DNA of 64,000 nucleotides from a virus (taxonomy: Duplodnaviria > Caudoviricetes): positions 11,012 through 75,011 of the IMG/VR virus record IMGVR_UViG_3300010366_000012; one strand, given 5' to 3'. Of the stretch, positions 28,109 through 38,296 are shown in pieces (the stretch's first letter is position 1; every line of letters begins with the position of its first letter). A program made the translations under genes and the position numbers. Under the pieces are notes generated by a model. The model did no database searches, was not told where the DNA came from, and saw only the letters and a program-made list of their open reading frames with translations.

Positions 28109-31100
28109 GTGCCGGTCCCTATCGCGGTGGTGCCCCGCCTCCCCGGGCGGCGGCTCCCGGCCGCGCCGGACGCCAGCTTCCCCGGGCTCGGCTCCGGCCC
28201 CGCGCCCTACCTGTTCGGGCAGGGCCTGGTCACTGGCACCTCCGGCAGCCGCGTCTACCCGGTCAGTGCCACCACTGACGCGGGCGACACGCTGCTGGTG
28301 GCCACGCAGGTCAACAACACCACCTGCATCCCCTCCGCTTGCACCGACTCACAGGGCAACGTCTACACACTGGACGCGCAAGTCACCTCGCCCGGCCCGC
28401 AGATGGAGTTCTTCCGGTCAGCCGGGGCCACGGGCGGCCCTGGCGGCGGCCCCACCGTGCCGCTGACCCTCGCAGACACGATCACGATCACCACCAACGC
28501 GGTTAGCGGCAACGTCAACCTGAACGGCACCTGCGTGCCGGGCGCTGGCCCGCTGGATGTCGCCTCGGGCATCACCTCGTCCACCAGCGCGATCAGCAAC
28601 ACGCACTCGATCACCCCGACCGCTGATTACGAGCTTGTCGTGGTCATGGGCGTGTCCCAGTTCGGCCCCGGCAGCATGTGGCTGGACGGGTCCAGCCCTT
28701 ACACGCTGGTCTACAACGCGATCGGCGCTACCTCGGCGTTCGTGTGGTCCGCCTACGACCAGCTAGGCGCGGGCAGCGCCGGGCAAGCCAGCACCTGCGT
28801 GCAGCACGTGTCCGGCACGCCGGGCACGCTGCGGTCCTACGCCTGGGCGTTCCAGCCGCTGCCGGTGGCCCTGGCTGACGCCGCAGGAGCGGCGGACGCG
28901 CTGTCGGTGGCTGCCAGCGGCACGGGCGTGCCGTACCAGGCCGGGTCCGGGCTGACAACCGGCTCGGGCACCTCGCGGACCGCCACAGTCACCCAGGCCA
29001 CCGCGGCCGGTGACACCCTGCTGGCTCTGATCACCACGCAGAACACCTCGTGCGGGATCAATGCGCTTGCCGACTCCAAGGGCAATGTCTGGATACTGGA
29101 CACCCAGGCCCAGGTGACGGTCCCGATGACCACCTTCTGGCGGTGCCCCGGCGCGACCGGTGGGCCGGGCGGCGGGCAGACCGCCGCGCTCACCACATCG
29201 GACACCCTCACCGCCACCTCGGACGCGGCCACCGGCAACGTGGAGATCCAGCTGATCTGCGTGCCCGGGGCCGGGCCGCTGGACGTCAAGAACAGCACCC
29301 CGGCCAACGCCAGCTCCGCATCCCCGGCAGCCAGCATCACGCCCACCGTCAACGGCGACATCTGCATCGTGCTGCTGGCCGACGCCTTCGGCGGCGGGGC
29401 ACCCACCGCGGTGTCCTCGCCGTACCAGCTGGTCAGCACCTATCAGACCGGGGTCAACCCGTTCAACAATGCCTACTGGCAGCAGCAGGCCGCGGGCTCG
29501 GGCGCGGGCACGCCGCAGGCGTTCAGCGCAACGATCGTGTCCGCCCGGTGGGCTGCGGTCCAGTACAGCTTCCAGCCGCCGCCTTCCGTCACGCCGGTCA
29601 GCGTGGCCGACGCCGGGGGCGCAGCCGACCAGCTCAGCGCTGGCGCTACCGTCCCAGTGGCAGATCCTGGGGCCGCCGCCGACCAGCAGGCCATCCAGGC
29701 TGCTGTCCCGCTGCCAGATGCGGCGGGAGCTGCGGACGCTCTTTCGGTGACCGCTGCCGCGCCGCTTGCGGACCGCGGCGCGGCTGCCGACACCTCCGCG
29801 GTGGCTGCCAGCGCTGGACTAGCGGACAGCGCTGGCGGCACGGAGTCGGCAGCCGCGAGTGCGAGCGTACCGCTGGCCGAGGCAGGCGGGGCGGCGGATG
29901 CGCTCTCGGTGGGCGGGGCGGCGTCGATCTCGCTGGCGGATGCGGGCGGGGCTGCCGACGCGCTGGCCGTCACCGCCGCGGTGCCGCTTCCCGAGTCGGC
30001 GGCTGCAACCGAGTCCGCCGCAGTGGCGGCCAGCGTGGGGATCGCTGACGCCGCGGCGGCAACTGACCTGCCTGCGATCACAGCCGCGGTTCCCGTTTCC
30101 GAGGCTGCAGGCGCGGCCGAGACGCCAGCGATCAGCGCCACCGTACCGCTGGCCGATCAGGCCGGGGCTGCCGAGTACCAGCCGCGCGAGCTGGCCGAGG
30201 CGGCCGGGGCGGCCGACCAGCTGGCCGTCACGGCGGCAGTGCCTCTCGCAGATGCCGCTGCGGCGGCAGAGGTGGCAGCCGTCACGGCCAGCGTGGCTGT
30301 TACCGACGCTGCGGCTGCGGTGGATCAGCAGTCGGCAGCGGTCACCGTGTCGCTGCCCGAGGCTGGAGCATCAGCCGAGGCGTCGGTGGCCACAGTCACG
30401 GTACCGCTGGCTGACCAGGCCGCGGGCACCGAGTCGATGATCAGCGGGATGCCGGTCACCTACGCGGACGCGGGCGGCGCGGCTGATCAGCTGGCCGTGA
30501 GCGTGAGCGCCCCGGCCGGTGATGTCGCAGCAGCGAGCGATGTGCTAACAGCCCCCGCAGCAGTTCCGGTCACCGACCAGGGCGCGGGTGCCGACGCTAT
30601 CAGCGCGGCCGGGCAAGTGCCACTGGCTGATGCTGCCGGGGCGCGGGACACGATCGCCCCGGCAGCTGCCGTCCCGTCCGCCGAGCAGGCAGGCGCATCT
30701 GATGTGCTGGGCATCGCGGCCACATCACCGCTCAGCGACCAGGCCGGTGCGGCTGATGCTATCGCCGTGGTGGCCGGGGCTCAGGTCGCCCTGCCAGATG
30801 CGGGCGGCGCGGCTGAGCAGCTGGCCGTGGCCAGCGCCAGCCAGGCCGCCGATCCCGCGGGCGCGGCAGATGTGCTGCAGGTATCCGCCGCGCTGTCGCA
30901 AAGCGACCTGGCTGGCGCTGCCGACGCTATCGCGGTCACCGTGGGGGCCGCGGTCAGCCTGGCCGACGCCGGGGCCGCGCGGGACGCGGAGGGCGTCTCC
31001 GCGCAAGTCCCGCTGGCGGACGCCAGCGCAGCGGCTGACGGGCTAACGGTCACCGCCACGGCACAGCCGGTGCTCCCCGACTCCGGCGCTGGCACAGAGG

Positions 31101-31753
31101 CGCTCAGCGCCGCGGTGAGCACGCCCGGTAAGGACGTAGCTGCAGCCAGTGACAGCCTGGCGGTAGCGCAGACCGTCAGCATGACCGACCGGGCCGCCGC
31201 GTCCGACGCCCTTGATGTCATTATCCCGCTGATCAGCCCGGCCCCGGTGCTGATCCCCGCGCCAGCCCGGCCGCGCTGGCACCTGGTCCCGGCAGCCCAG
31301 CGGTGGCAGGTGGCCGCCACCAGGCCCCAGTGGCAGGCTGTTAGCAGCCCTCCCCGCTGGGCTGCCGCCCTAACTTCAGCGAGGTGGGTGATCATCGTGG
31401 CCGCCTTCGAGCCGATCGCCGCGGTCAGCCAGCAGAACATCAACGTCGCCTGGACGTCGGACCTGGGCGGCGATGTCATGGACCCGACTGCGCTGCCGAT
31501 GCCGGTCAAGTTCGCCGTGCCCGTCAGCTCCGGCGATGAGAACCGCCCGGCCGAGCCGGTCACCTGGTTCGATGCGGTCTGGCTGAGCCCCAACGGGCGG
31601 CACGCCGGGTTCATCGCCCAGTGCCCGGTCGGCCCGACCAGCCTGGGCGGCCTGGTGCAGCTGGCCGCGGGCCAGGTCTACGACGTCTGGTCCGAGGTGG
31701 ACACCGGCACCGAGACGGTCCGGGCATTTGCCGGGCAGCAGCGGGTGTACTGA
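28109..31753 (+). CDS. long repeat-rich tail fibre/adhesin-like protein
   Basis: two internally duplicated ~225-aa domains, then dozens of ~14-aa V.L.D.AGAAD.L repeats. Confidence 0.7.
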   Translation: MPVPIAVVPRLPGRRLPAAPDASFPGLGSGPAPYLFGQGLVTGTSGSRVYPVSATTDAGDTLLVATQVNNTTCIPSACTDSQGNVYTLDAQVTSPGPQMEFFRSAGATGGPGGGPTVPLTLADTITITTNAVSGNVNLNGTCVPGAGPLDVASGITSSTSAISNTHSITPTADYELVVVMGVSQFGPGSMWLDGSSPYTLVYNAIGATSAFVWSAYDQLGAGSAGQASTCVQHVSGTPGTLRSYAWAFQPLPVALADAAGAADALSVAASGTGVPYQAGSGLTTGSGTSRTATVTQATAAGDTLLALITTQNTSCGINALADSKGNVWILDTQAQVTVPMTTFWRCPGATGGPGGGQTAALTTSDTLTATSDAATGNVEIQLICVPGAGPLDVKNSTPANASSASPAASITPTVNGDICIVLLADAFGGGAPTAVSSPYQLVSTYQTGVNPFNNAYWQQQAAGSGAGTPQAFSATIVSARWAAVQYSFQPPPSVTPVSVADAGGAADQLSAGATVPVADPGAAADQQAIQAAVPLPDAAGAADALSVTAAAPLADRGAAADTSAVAASAGLADSAGGTESAAASASVPLAEAGGAADALSVGGAASISLADAGGAADALAVTAAVPLPESAAATESAAVAASVGIADAAAATDLPAITAAVPVSEAAGAAETPAISATVPLADQAGAAEYQPRELAEAAGAADQLAVTAAVPLADAAAAAEVAAVTASVAVTDAAAAVDQQSAAVTVSLPEAGASAEASVATVTVPLADQAAGTESMISGMPVTYADAGGAADQLAVSVSAPAGDVAAASDVLTAPAAVPVTDQGAGADAISAAGQVPLADAAGARDTIAPAAAVPSAEQAGASDVLGIAATSPLSDQAGAADAIAVVAGAQVALPDAGGAAEQLAVASASQAADPAGAADVLQVSAALSQSDLAGAADAIAVTVGAAVSLADAGAARDAEGVSAQVPLADASAAADGLTVTATAQPVLPDSGAGTEALSAAVSTPGKDVAAASDSLAVAQTVSMTDRAAASDALDVIIPLISPAPVLIPAPARPRWHLVPAAQRWQVAATRPQWQAVSSPPRWAAALTSARWVIIVAAFEPIAAVSQQNINVAWTSDLGGDVMDPTALPMPVKFAVPVSSGDENRPAEPVTWFDAVWLSPNGRHAGFIAQCPVGPTSLGGLVQLAAGQVYDVWSEVDTGTETVRAFAGQQRVY

Positions 31754-32044
31754 GTGACCGATGGCCGCAATGTCAGCTATGACCGCTGGGATGCCACCAA
31801 CCAGGAGATCAACCGGCGTCTGGGCGAGCTGGAGGCGTTCTCCCGGTCGCTGCGCGGCGCGGAGCAGGAGCACCGGTCGTTCGAGGACCGCCTGTTGGCG
31901 CTGGAGCGGTCCGAGCAGGAGGCTGAGGCGGGCCGCAGGTCAAGGAGGGACCGGTCGTGGGTGGTGGGCCTGACGATCATGAGCGCGATGATCTCCCCGA
32001 TCGTGGTCAGCCTGTTCATCGCCTGGCTGCACGTGCGCGGCTAG
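31754..32044 (+). CDS. membrane protein (holin-like)
   Basis: coiled coil plus one C-terminal TM segment, upstream of endolysin. Confidence 0.6.
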   Translation: MTDGRNVSYDRWDATNQEINRRLGELEAFSRSLRGAEQEHRSFEDRLLALERSEQEAEAGRRSRRDRSWVVGLTIMSAMISPIVVSLFIAWLHVRG

Positions 32045-32283
32045 GCCCGCGGTGGGCGGTCGCCTGGCTGGCCGTGCTGCTGCTGCTGCTGTTCGGGGGG
32101 ATCTGCGCCGATGGGCTGCTCACCATCGTGCTGGTGTTCGGGCAGCAGCACCAGCGCCACGAGCTGATTCAGGAGCGCAAGGAGTTCTGCCGGGCCGAGT
32201 ACGAGTTGCGGGCCAAGATCACTGAGATCGAGATCGAGATCCACAGCTACATCTACGTCCCGCCGAGCCCCATCTGCCGGTAG
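31957..32283 (+). CDS. membrane protein (lysis cassette)
   Basis: AAGGAGG 8 nt before GTG 31957; one long TM segment; overlaps the previous gene by 88 nt. Confidence 0.55.
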   Translation: MGGGPDDHERDDLPDRGQPVHRLAARARLGPRWAVAWLAVLLLLLFGGICADGLLTIVLVFGQQHQRHELIQERKEFCRAEYELRAKITEIEIEIHSYIYVPPSPICR

Positions 32284-32350
32284 CAGCCCGGCTGGCGTGC
32301 TGACATACTGAGCGCAGGCCGGTCCCCGCATGGCAGCCTGGGGGCTCGCC

Positions 32351-33169
32351 ATGGCAGGGTTCGGGATCGACTACTCCTACGGGCAGGGCCTGACCACGGC
32401 CCAGATGCACCGCGGCGGGGTCACGTTCGTCTGCCGGTACCTGGCCTACCTGCCCAACGGCAAGTGCATCAACAAGGCCGAGTTCGACAACCTGGTGAAG
32501 GCCGGGATCAAGGTCGTGCTGGTCTGGGAGCAGGACGGCCGGGACTGCATGGGCGGCCGGGCGCGCGGTGTGGCCCACGCCCAGGAGGCTGCCAAGCAGG
32601 CGCACGCGCTGACCGGCAGCAACGAGGCTGTCATCTACTTCGCGCCGTGCGATTTTGATGCCGCGCCGGGAATGCAGCCGCTGATCAACGGCTACCTGGA
32701 CGGGGCCGCCAGCGTGATCGGGCACGGCCGGACCGGGATGTACGGCGGCTTCTGGCCGCTGAGCCGGGCACTGGACGGGCGGCACGCCGCCTACGGCTGG
32801 CAGACCTATGCCTGGAGCGGCACCAACCTGGACCGCAGGGCCAGCCTGTACCAGTACCACAACGGGGTCAGGTTCGGGCCTGCTGAGGTTGACTACGACA
32901 AGTCCTTCCACGACGATTTCGGCCAGTGGCCCCGCCCGCATGCAGCCCCGGCCCCCGCGCATGCGCCCGCTGCGCCCGCCAAGCCGCCCGCCTTCTATGA
33001 GCACACCGCCAACGGGACCGACACCTGGGCCGAGATCGCATCCGGCCGGAACATGCAGCCGGGCAGCTTCGCCGCCGAGCAGTGGGAGCTGGGCCAGGAC
33101 ACGGCCAACAAGCTGTTCGGCTCTTTCGTGCCGCCTGCGGGGGCGAAGTACCGGACTAAGCACCCGTGA
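32351..33169 (+). CDS. endolysin, DUF1906/GH25-like glycoside hydrolase with C-terminal LysM-like domain
   Basis: GIDYS, FVCRYL, GMYGG, WQTYAWS, YQY, VDYD motifs (alternative start 32330). Confidence 0.85.
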   Translation: MAGFGIDYSYGQGLTTAQMHRGGVTFVCRYLAYLPNGKCINKAEFDNLVKAGIKVVLVWEQDGRDCMGGRARGVAHAQEAAKQAHALTGSNEAVIYFAPCDFDAAPGMQPLINGYLDGAASVIGHGRTGMYGGFWPLSRALDGRHAAYGWQTYAWSGTNLDRRASLYQYHNGVRFGPAEVDYDKSFHDDFGQWPRPHAAPAPAHAPAAPAKPPAFYEHTANGTDTWAEIASGRNMQPGSFAAEQWELGQDTANKLFGSFVPPAGAKYRTKHP

Positions 33170-33417
33170 TCTTCCGCTGGCGCAGGCCGCGTCCTCCCGA
33201 CCCCAGCCGGTTTGCTGAGGACCGCATCCTGGCGGCGATGACCTACTGCCGCTCGATGCAGGGCACCGGCCACCTGAAGGTGCCGGTTGCCCAGGTGATG
33301 ATCCTGCTCGACCCGCAGCACAAGATGCACCCCGAGCCCGACCCGCGGCAAGATCCGGTGACCGGCTGCCTGCCGGTGACTGCAGAGCCAGGCCCGCGCG
33401 GCACCAGCGGAAGTTAA
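33166..33417 (+). CDS. hypothetical protein
   Basis: GTGA overlap with endolysin stop. Confidence 0.55.
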   Translation: MIFRWRRPRPPDPSRFAEDRILAAMTYCRSMQGTGHLKVPVAQVMILLDPQHKMHPEPDPRQDPVTGCLPVTAEPGPRGTSGS

Positions 33418-33514
33418 AGCAGCCCGGGAGCCCCCCGCCATCCCGTGCCGCGTACCACGCGAGCCTGGCTCGGGGGCAACGTATCACCAGGCCAGCCTGT
33501 CAGTACAGCACCGG

Positions 33515-34009
33515 TTAGCCAGCCAGCCGGGCTGCTCGCAGCGGATTGCGCCGGGCATGCACCTCGGCCGCGTGAATCCGCACCGCGCGGTACAGGTCGC
33601 TCGGCCCCCAGGTGGCGTGGTAGTAGACCTTGCCCTCCGGGCTCACCCAGTAGATCCCCTTGCACCCGTTGCAGCTCTTGCACAGCGTGGCCAGGTTCGG
33701 CTTCCAGGTGAGCCCGCCCATGATCCACGGGGTGATGTGGTCGATCTGCAGGCCCGGCCACCTCGCCCGCTTGCCCCTGCCGACCTGCTTCGGCGCGAAC
33801 CCGCACGCCACGCAGCGGTGCCGGTCGGCGGCCAGCACCTCGCGCCGCAGCCGCGCGCCTATCCGGTCATTCTTGCCGCGGACCCCGTGGCGCACCTTGG
33901 CACGCCAGCGCTGCCGCCAGCGCCGGGGCCACAGCAGCCCGCGCGGCCTGATCAGGCAGGCCAGCGTCACGTAGGCGGCCAGCACGGCCAGCACGGCATC
34001 CCCGCTCAC
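33515..34009 (-). CDS. HNH endonuclease with N-terminal TM segment
   Basis: R..VL..D..RCVAC...LQIDHITPW..GG.....NLATLCKSCN..K. Confidence 0.85.
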   Translation of the reverse strand: MSGDAVLAVLAAYVTLACLIRPRGLLWPRRWRQRWRAKVRHGVRGKNDRIGARLRREVLAADRHRCVACGFAPKQVGRGKRARWPGLQIDHITPWIMGGLTWKPNLATLCKSCNGCKGIYWVSPEGKVYYHATWGPSDLYRAVRIHAAEVHARRNPLRAARLAG

Positions 34010-35892
34010 TTGACTGCCACCAGCCTGTCCCCCTCGGCGTCCTTGACCTTCCCGGCCTCGCGCAGCTGGGCCAGCTCTTCGGCCACGGTGCTCGGCGGCA
34101 TGGTCCCCATCATCTTGCTGATCAGCTGGCCCATCGTGACCGGTGAGCGCAGCTTAGCCAGGATCAGCAGCTGCCGGGCGGCGGCGTCGATCGCCGCGTC
34201 GTTCAGCTGGCGCACCTCGGCAGCCCCGGCCTCGACCGACTCCCTCACGTGCCGGGCCATCGACTCGTCCAGCGCAGTAATGTCCAGGCTCTCCGCGACG
34301 TCGTAGACGTCCGAGCTGGGGCCGAGGGTGTCGGTCCGCATGGTCACGCCCGGCCGCAGGTCCGCGCCGGAGCTGTAGCCCAGCCCCCAGGTCGGGCGGC
34401 CGGGGGCGAACACCTTGGGCAGGTCCACCGGGTTCTTCGGCAGGTTGACGTAGCTGCCGGTCACCTTGTCCCCGGTGCGGTGGCAGACCACCGTCCCCGC
34501 GGCCAGGATCGAGCGGATCTCCTGCTGCTGCAGCTCAGCCAGGGACGGCACCTGGGCGGCCAGCCGGAACCTGATCCCGGCCTTGCGGCCGAGCTTCAGC
34601 ATGTCGAGGATCAGCGCGGTCGCGCCATCGACGGCCAGCAGGATCGGGGCCTCGTCAATCGTGACTTCCACGATTGGCAGGTCGATCATGAACGGGTTGA
34701 AGAATCCCATCCCCTGGCGTGGTTTCTTGCACTCACCGTCGCACCGGTCAAGGAACACGCCGTGGCGACGGCACCACCACACCGAGGCCATGTAATCCGA
34801 GCGCGCGAACATCCCGGCGTGCAGGCCGCGCAGCCAGGCCAGGCAGTCATCAGCCCCGCAGGCATACGGCACCACGCCCTTCCAGGCGGGCAGCGCCTGG
34901 CCCATTTGCGGGTCGAGGATCACCGGGGCGATGTAGCCCGAGGCGATCCCGATGGCCAGCGAGAGGTTGATCGTGGACGTCTTGCCCGAGCCGTCCGCCC
35001 CCGCGATGATCGTGTGCTTGGTGCCATCCTCCGGCCCCTGCCAGAACGTCTCATGCACTGGCTTGCCGTCAGGGAACCGCCCGATCACCGCGAGCCCGGT
35101 GGCCGGGTCGATCGTCCCGCCGTCCCACAGCCGGGCCTGCTCCAGCGTGCCCTCGCGCAGGATGGTCAGCAGCCCGTGGTGCTTCTCGCCGGTCGGGTGG
35201 TCCTCGGCGTAGGCGGTGGTGACCGCCTTCTGGAACCCGGCTGCGATGGCAGTGGGCTTGGCCACGATCATGTCGATGTTGGTCTTGGCCCCGTCGCAGA
35301 TGATCTCGTGCTGCACCCCGCCCTCGACGGGCAGCGGGTCACCGAGCCAGGCCAGCCAGCCCTGCGCCTCCGCGAGCGCGTCGAACTGCTCCCTGACCGA
35401 GCGTGGCGGCGGGGCCTTCTTGTCCGCGGGCCGCCAGCGGTATCGCTCCAGCCAGAACCCGTAGGGGAAGGCCCAGCCCAGCAGCCCGGCCGCGCTCCAG
35501 ATGCCGAGCCCGGCGAACATCCCGGCCAGGCCCCAGGCCACCGCCCAGGCTGCCGCGGACTGGGTGTGCAGCCGCATGAACTTCGGCCAGTGCCGGGTTG
35601 CGGCCACCGTGACCGCGACCACGAGCAGCCCCAGCACCCCGGCCAGCTTCCAGCTCAGCCCGAGGGGCACCACCACGTACCCGGCCGCCTGCAGCGCCAG
35701 CCAGCCCAGCGGGGCGAGCTGGTGGCGGAACCGGAAGGCGCGCACCTCCGGGGGCGGCACCCCGGCCAGCCGGGCCTGCGCCTCGGCAATCGCCTGCAGG
35801 TGCTTGGTGCCCCGCTTGCCGTCCACGATGAGGACCGGCCCCGGCGCGGCCTTGCCGCCCCGGGACCGGGCCTTCTGCAGCTGCCTGGCCAA
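34006..35892 (-). CDS. TraB/TraSA-like FtsK/SpoIIIE DNA translocase
   Basis: N-terminal TM segments; Walker A IAGADGSGKT, ILDPQ, Walker B VTIDE, GRKAGI, C-terminal wHTH. Confidence 0.8.
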   Translation of the reverse strand: MARQLQKARSRGGKAAPGPVLIVDGKRGTKHLQAIAEAQARLAGVPPPEVRAFRFRHQLAPLGWLALQAAGYVVVPLGLSWKLAGVLGLLVVAVTVAATRHWPKFMRLHTQSAAAWAVAWGLAGMFAGLGIWSAAGLLGWAFPYGFWLERYRWRPADKKAPPPRSVREQFDALAEAQGWLAWLGDPLPVEGGVQHEIICDGAKTNIDMIVAKPTAIAAGFQKAVTTAYAEDHPTGEKHHGLLTILREGTLEQARLWDGGTIDPATGLAVIGRFPDGKPVHETFWQGPEDGTKHTIIAGADGSGKTSTINLSLAIGIASGYIAPVILDPQMGQALPAWKGVVPYACGADDCLAWLRGLHAGMFARSDYMASVWWCRRHGVFLDRCDGECKKPRQGMGFFNPFMIDLPIVEVTIDEAPILLAVDGATALILDMLKLGRKAGIRFRLAAQVPSLAELQQQEIRSILAAGTVVCHRTGDKVTGSYVNLPKNPVDLPKVFAPGRPTWGLGYSSGADLRPGVTMRTDTLGPSSDVYDVAESLDITALDESMARHVRESVEAGAAEVRQLNDAAIDAAARQLLILAKLRSPVTMGQLISKMMGTMPPSTVAEELAQLREAGKVKDAEGDRLVAVK

Positions 35893-35895
35893 CGG

Positions 35896-36792
35896 CTAGT
35901 GGTCCGTGAACTCTGCCTTGGCAGCCCGCTTGCCGGAGGCGTCCACGCCCTCCTGCTGCGGGCCGTAGGTCTTTTTCACGTGATTGAACATCTGCGCGGC
36001 CATTTCCTTCAGCTTGGCCAGCTCGGACTTGGTGGTGACCACCTGGCCCTGCATGTCCCCGGCCATGCCGAGCGTCTCGGTGTCGGTGGAGTCGAGCACC
36101 GCGGCCAGCCCGTCGCAGATCGCTGAGAACGCGGCCAGCTTCTGATTTGCCTCCATCATGTCCGCGGCGTCCCGCACCTCCGCGGCGAGCTGGAGAGTGT
36201 TGTCATAGTTGGCGTCAGCCCCGGCGCTGCCGCCGTTGTCGGGTGTGGTCACTGGCTCGTCTCCTTGATCATCTTCTTCTCGGCCGTCTGTGCGGCGCTT
36301 GCGCTTGCGGTGCCCGTTCTGCCCGGGGTCGGGCGGCGGGCCATTGCCCTCGGTCGTGCCGTCTGGCAGTGGCGGGTCGCCCGCGGGCTCCTGCTGCTTC
36401 TCCCGGTACCTGCGGGCGGCCTCTTCGAGCCGCCTGCGGTAGGCCGCGATGTCCTCCCACCAGCTCGCCTGCTCTTCGGCGTGGTCGGCGCGGCGGCGCT
36501 CCCGCTCGCGCAGGTAATGCACCCGCTCGTGCTGGTGGGTGTCCCAGCCCGCCCGCAGCCCGTGCCGGGTGACCGGGAAGCCGTGGAAGATCTCGCCCAG
36601 CCACCACATCAGGGCGGCCTGGCGCTCGGCAGCCGAGACGTGGCGCTTGCTGGGCGGTCGGCCGCCCGGCCCCTTCGCCCGCCCGCGGGCGGTGCCCTTC
36701 GCCCGGCCGACCGCGGTGCCGGAGGACTCCCGGGCGGCCATGATCGCGTAAACCACGCCGAGGGCGAGCAGCAGGCCGCCGAACGGGTCCAC
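35896..36792 (-). CDS. membrane-anchored protein (Spd/Tra accessory-like)
   Basis: N-terminal TM segment, coiled coils; co-transcribed with the translocase. Confidence 0.6.
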   Translation of the reverse strand: MDPFGGLLLALGVVYAIMAARESSGTAVGRAKGTARGRAKGPGGRPPSKRHVSAAERQAALMWWLGEIFHGFPVTRHGLRAGWDTHQHERVHYLRERERRRADHAEEQASWWEDIAAYRRRLEEAARRYREKQQEPAGDPPLPDGTTEGNGPPPDPGQNGHRKRKRRTDGREEDDQGDEPVTTPDNGGSAGADANYDNTLQLAAEVRDAADMMEANQKLAAFSAICDGLAAVLDSTDTETLGMAGDMQGQVVTTKSELAKLKEMAAQMFNHVKKTYGPQQEGVDASGKRAAKAEFTDH

Positions 36793-36793
36793 G

Positions 36794-37213
36794 TCAGCCG
36801 CCCGCGGTCTGGCTGATGCCCTGCTGGGCGGTCTGCGGCAGCTGGTTGAGCGCCGCGATCGGGGTGAGCCCGGCGCTGATCACCACGGCGAGCACGACAG
36901 CCAGCCAGAAGGTGGCCCGGCCCGCCGAGTGCTTCGGGTGCATGTCGTGCAGGAACAGGAAGATCGCCACGGCGACGATGACCAGGATGATCGTCGCGGC
37001 GCTGTACCCGAGGATCTGCGCGCCCAGCCTGCCGACCAGCGTGATCACCCAGGCCAGGAACCGGGCCACCAGGCCCACGATCCGGCCCGAGGTGCCGATC
37101 GCCAGGATGCCCAGGAACACCGCGGCCGGGGCCGCGTTCTTGAACCGCCCCTTGAAGTGCGCGGCGAACGCGAGGGCCACCGCGATCAGGCCCCAGTCCA
37201 GCTGCGTGATCAT
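36794..37213 (-). CDS. multi-pass membrane protein (Spd-like)
   Basis: four hydrophobic segments. Confidence 0.65.
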   Translation of the reverse strand: MITQLDWGLIAVALAFAAHFKGRFKNAAPAAVFLGILAIGTSGRIVGLVARFLAWVITLVGRLGAQILGYSAATIILVIVAVAIFLFLHDMHPKHSAGRATFWLAVVLAVVISAGLTPIAALNQLPQTAQQGISQTAGG

Positions 37214-37216
37214 GGC

Positions 37217-37624
37217 TCAGCCCCAGACCCACATGATGGCCGCCGTGGCGGCGAGCACGAGCAGGAACCCGCACCGCTTGGCGAAGCTGTCCCCGCTCCA
37301 GATCCACAGGAAGGCCAGCGGCACCTCGACAAAGGCGTGCCAGGCCCCGTAGAGCAGCCGCGGGTAGCGAGCCCACCAGCGGCGGTAGTAGTCGGCCTGC
37401 TGCTTGTGCAGCGCCCAGTAGCCCATGATCGACAGCGGCTGCGCGTACATGGGCGAGGCCCCGGCCAGCAGGCTGACCGCGGGGATGGTCAGCCGGTTCA
37501 TCTTCATCGGCCGGTCGGCATCCTCGCGCGTGCGCGCAGGTGCGCGTGCCTGCGCGTTGGCCCCGGGCTTCTCGTCCTCGGTGGGCAGCCGCGGGAGCAG
37601 GCTGGTCACGTTGTCGGCGGTCAT
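37217..37624 (-). CDS. membrane protein (Spd-like)
   Basis: C-terminal TM segments; ATGA overlap. Confidence 0.6.
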   Translation of the reverse strand: MTADNVTSLLPRLPTEDEKPGANAQARAPARTREDADRPMKMNRLTIPAVSLLAGASPMYAQPLSIMGYWALHKQQADYYRRWWARYPRLLYGAWHAFVEVPLAFLWIWSGDSFAKRCGFLLVLAATAAIMWVWG

Positions 37625-37851
37625 GCGGCCTCCAGCTTCATTGCCTCAGCGAGCAGCAGCTCGGCCAGGCGGTGGCACTCGTCACCGCGGGCCGGGTGCC
37701 GGTAGGCGGCAGCGCGCAGCCGGTCGAAGCTGACCGCGAGCTGCCGCTCACCCGTTCGTGCCTGGCCGAGCCGCTCGGCCTGCGCGGCCTTGCGCCGGTC
37801 GCAGCGCCGTGGCTTCAGCGTCCCGTCAGGCAAGATGCGGTGCCCGGCCAT
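37621..37851 (-). CDS. hypothetical protein
   Basis: 3' part of track ORF 37621..38205; ATG at 37851. Confidence 0.55.
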   Translation of the reverse strand: MAGHRILPDGTLKPRRCDRRKAAQAERLGQARTGERQLAVSFDRLRAAAYRHPARGDECHRLAELLLAEAMKLEAA

Positions 37852-38030
37852 CAGGACCGCACCGCCCCGGCCACGTTCGCTGCTGCCACCGGGATCGCCA
37901 TAGCCGCCCATATCACCAGCAGCAGCACCGGGAAGATAGACACCAGCAGGAGAGTGACCGCCGCGGCGCAGGTAGCCCAGTAGGCCCTCGGGTTCGTGCA
38001 ATGCCAGCAGTGCGGGTTGTATCCGGTCAC
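37851..38030 (-). CDS. small membrane protein (59 aa, not in ORF track)
   Basis: MTGYNPHCWHCTNPRAYWATCAAAVTLLLVSIFPVLLLVIWAAM...; overlaps both neighbours. Confidence 0.55.
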   Translation of the reverse strand: MTGYNPHCWHCTNPRAYWATCAAAVTLLLVSIFPVLLLVIWAAMAIPVAAANVAGAVRS

Positions 38031-38215
38031 AGCCGCACCTCCCTGCGCCCGAGGCGGATGCGGTGCTCGCGCCGCCTGCCCTTGTCGTAGCCCCGGCCGC
38101 GGAGGTAGTCCTCGGCCAGCTCGCGCAGCTCGTCGTCCTCGGCGTCCTGATCCACGGTGAGCGTGGCCACGTGGCGGCCACGGTCCGTCTCGATATAGGC
38201 GTCACGGTCTGCCAT
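38027..38215 (-). CDS. hypothetical protein
   Basis: RBS AGGGAGG before ATG 38215. Confidence 0.6.
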   Translation of the reverse strand: MADRDAYIETDRGRHVATLTVDQDAEDDELRELAEDYLRGRGYDKGRRREHRIRLGRREVRL

Positions 38216-38296
38216 CGTCGCCTCCCTCGCTGTCACCCGGTACCCGGCAGTGTACGCTCTGGGTGGTACAAGTGCCTACAGCCGGGAGGCATTCCA

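Noticed and set aside
5814-36126. Long antisense ORFs (e.g. 5814..7466, 7488..8837, 19457..21304, 26784..27803, 34249..36126)
   Set aside because: Shadow frames of high-GC genes on the opposite strand; no motifs.
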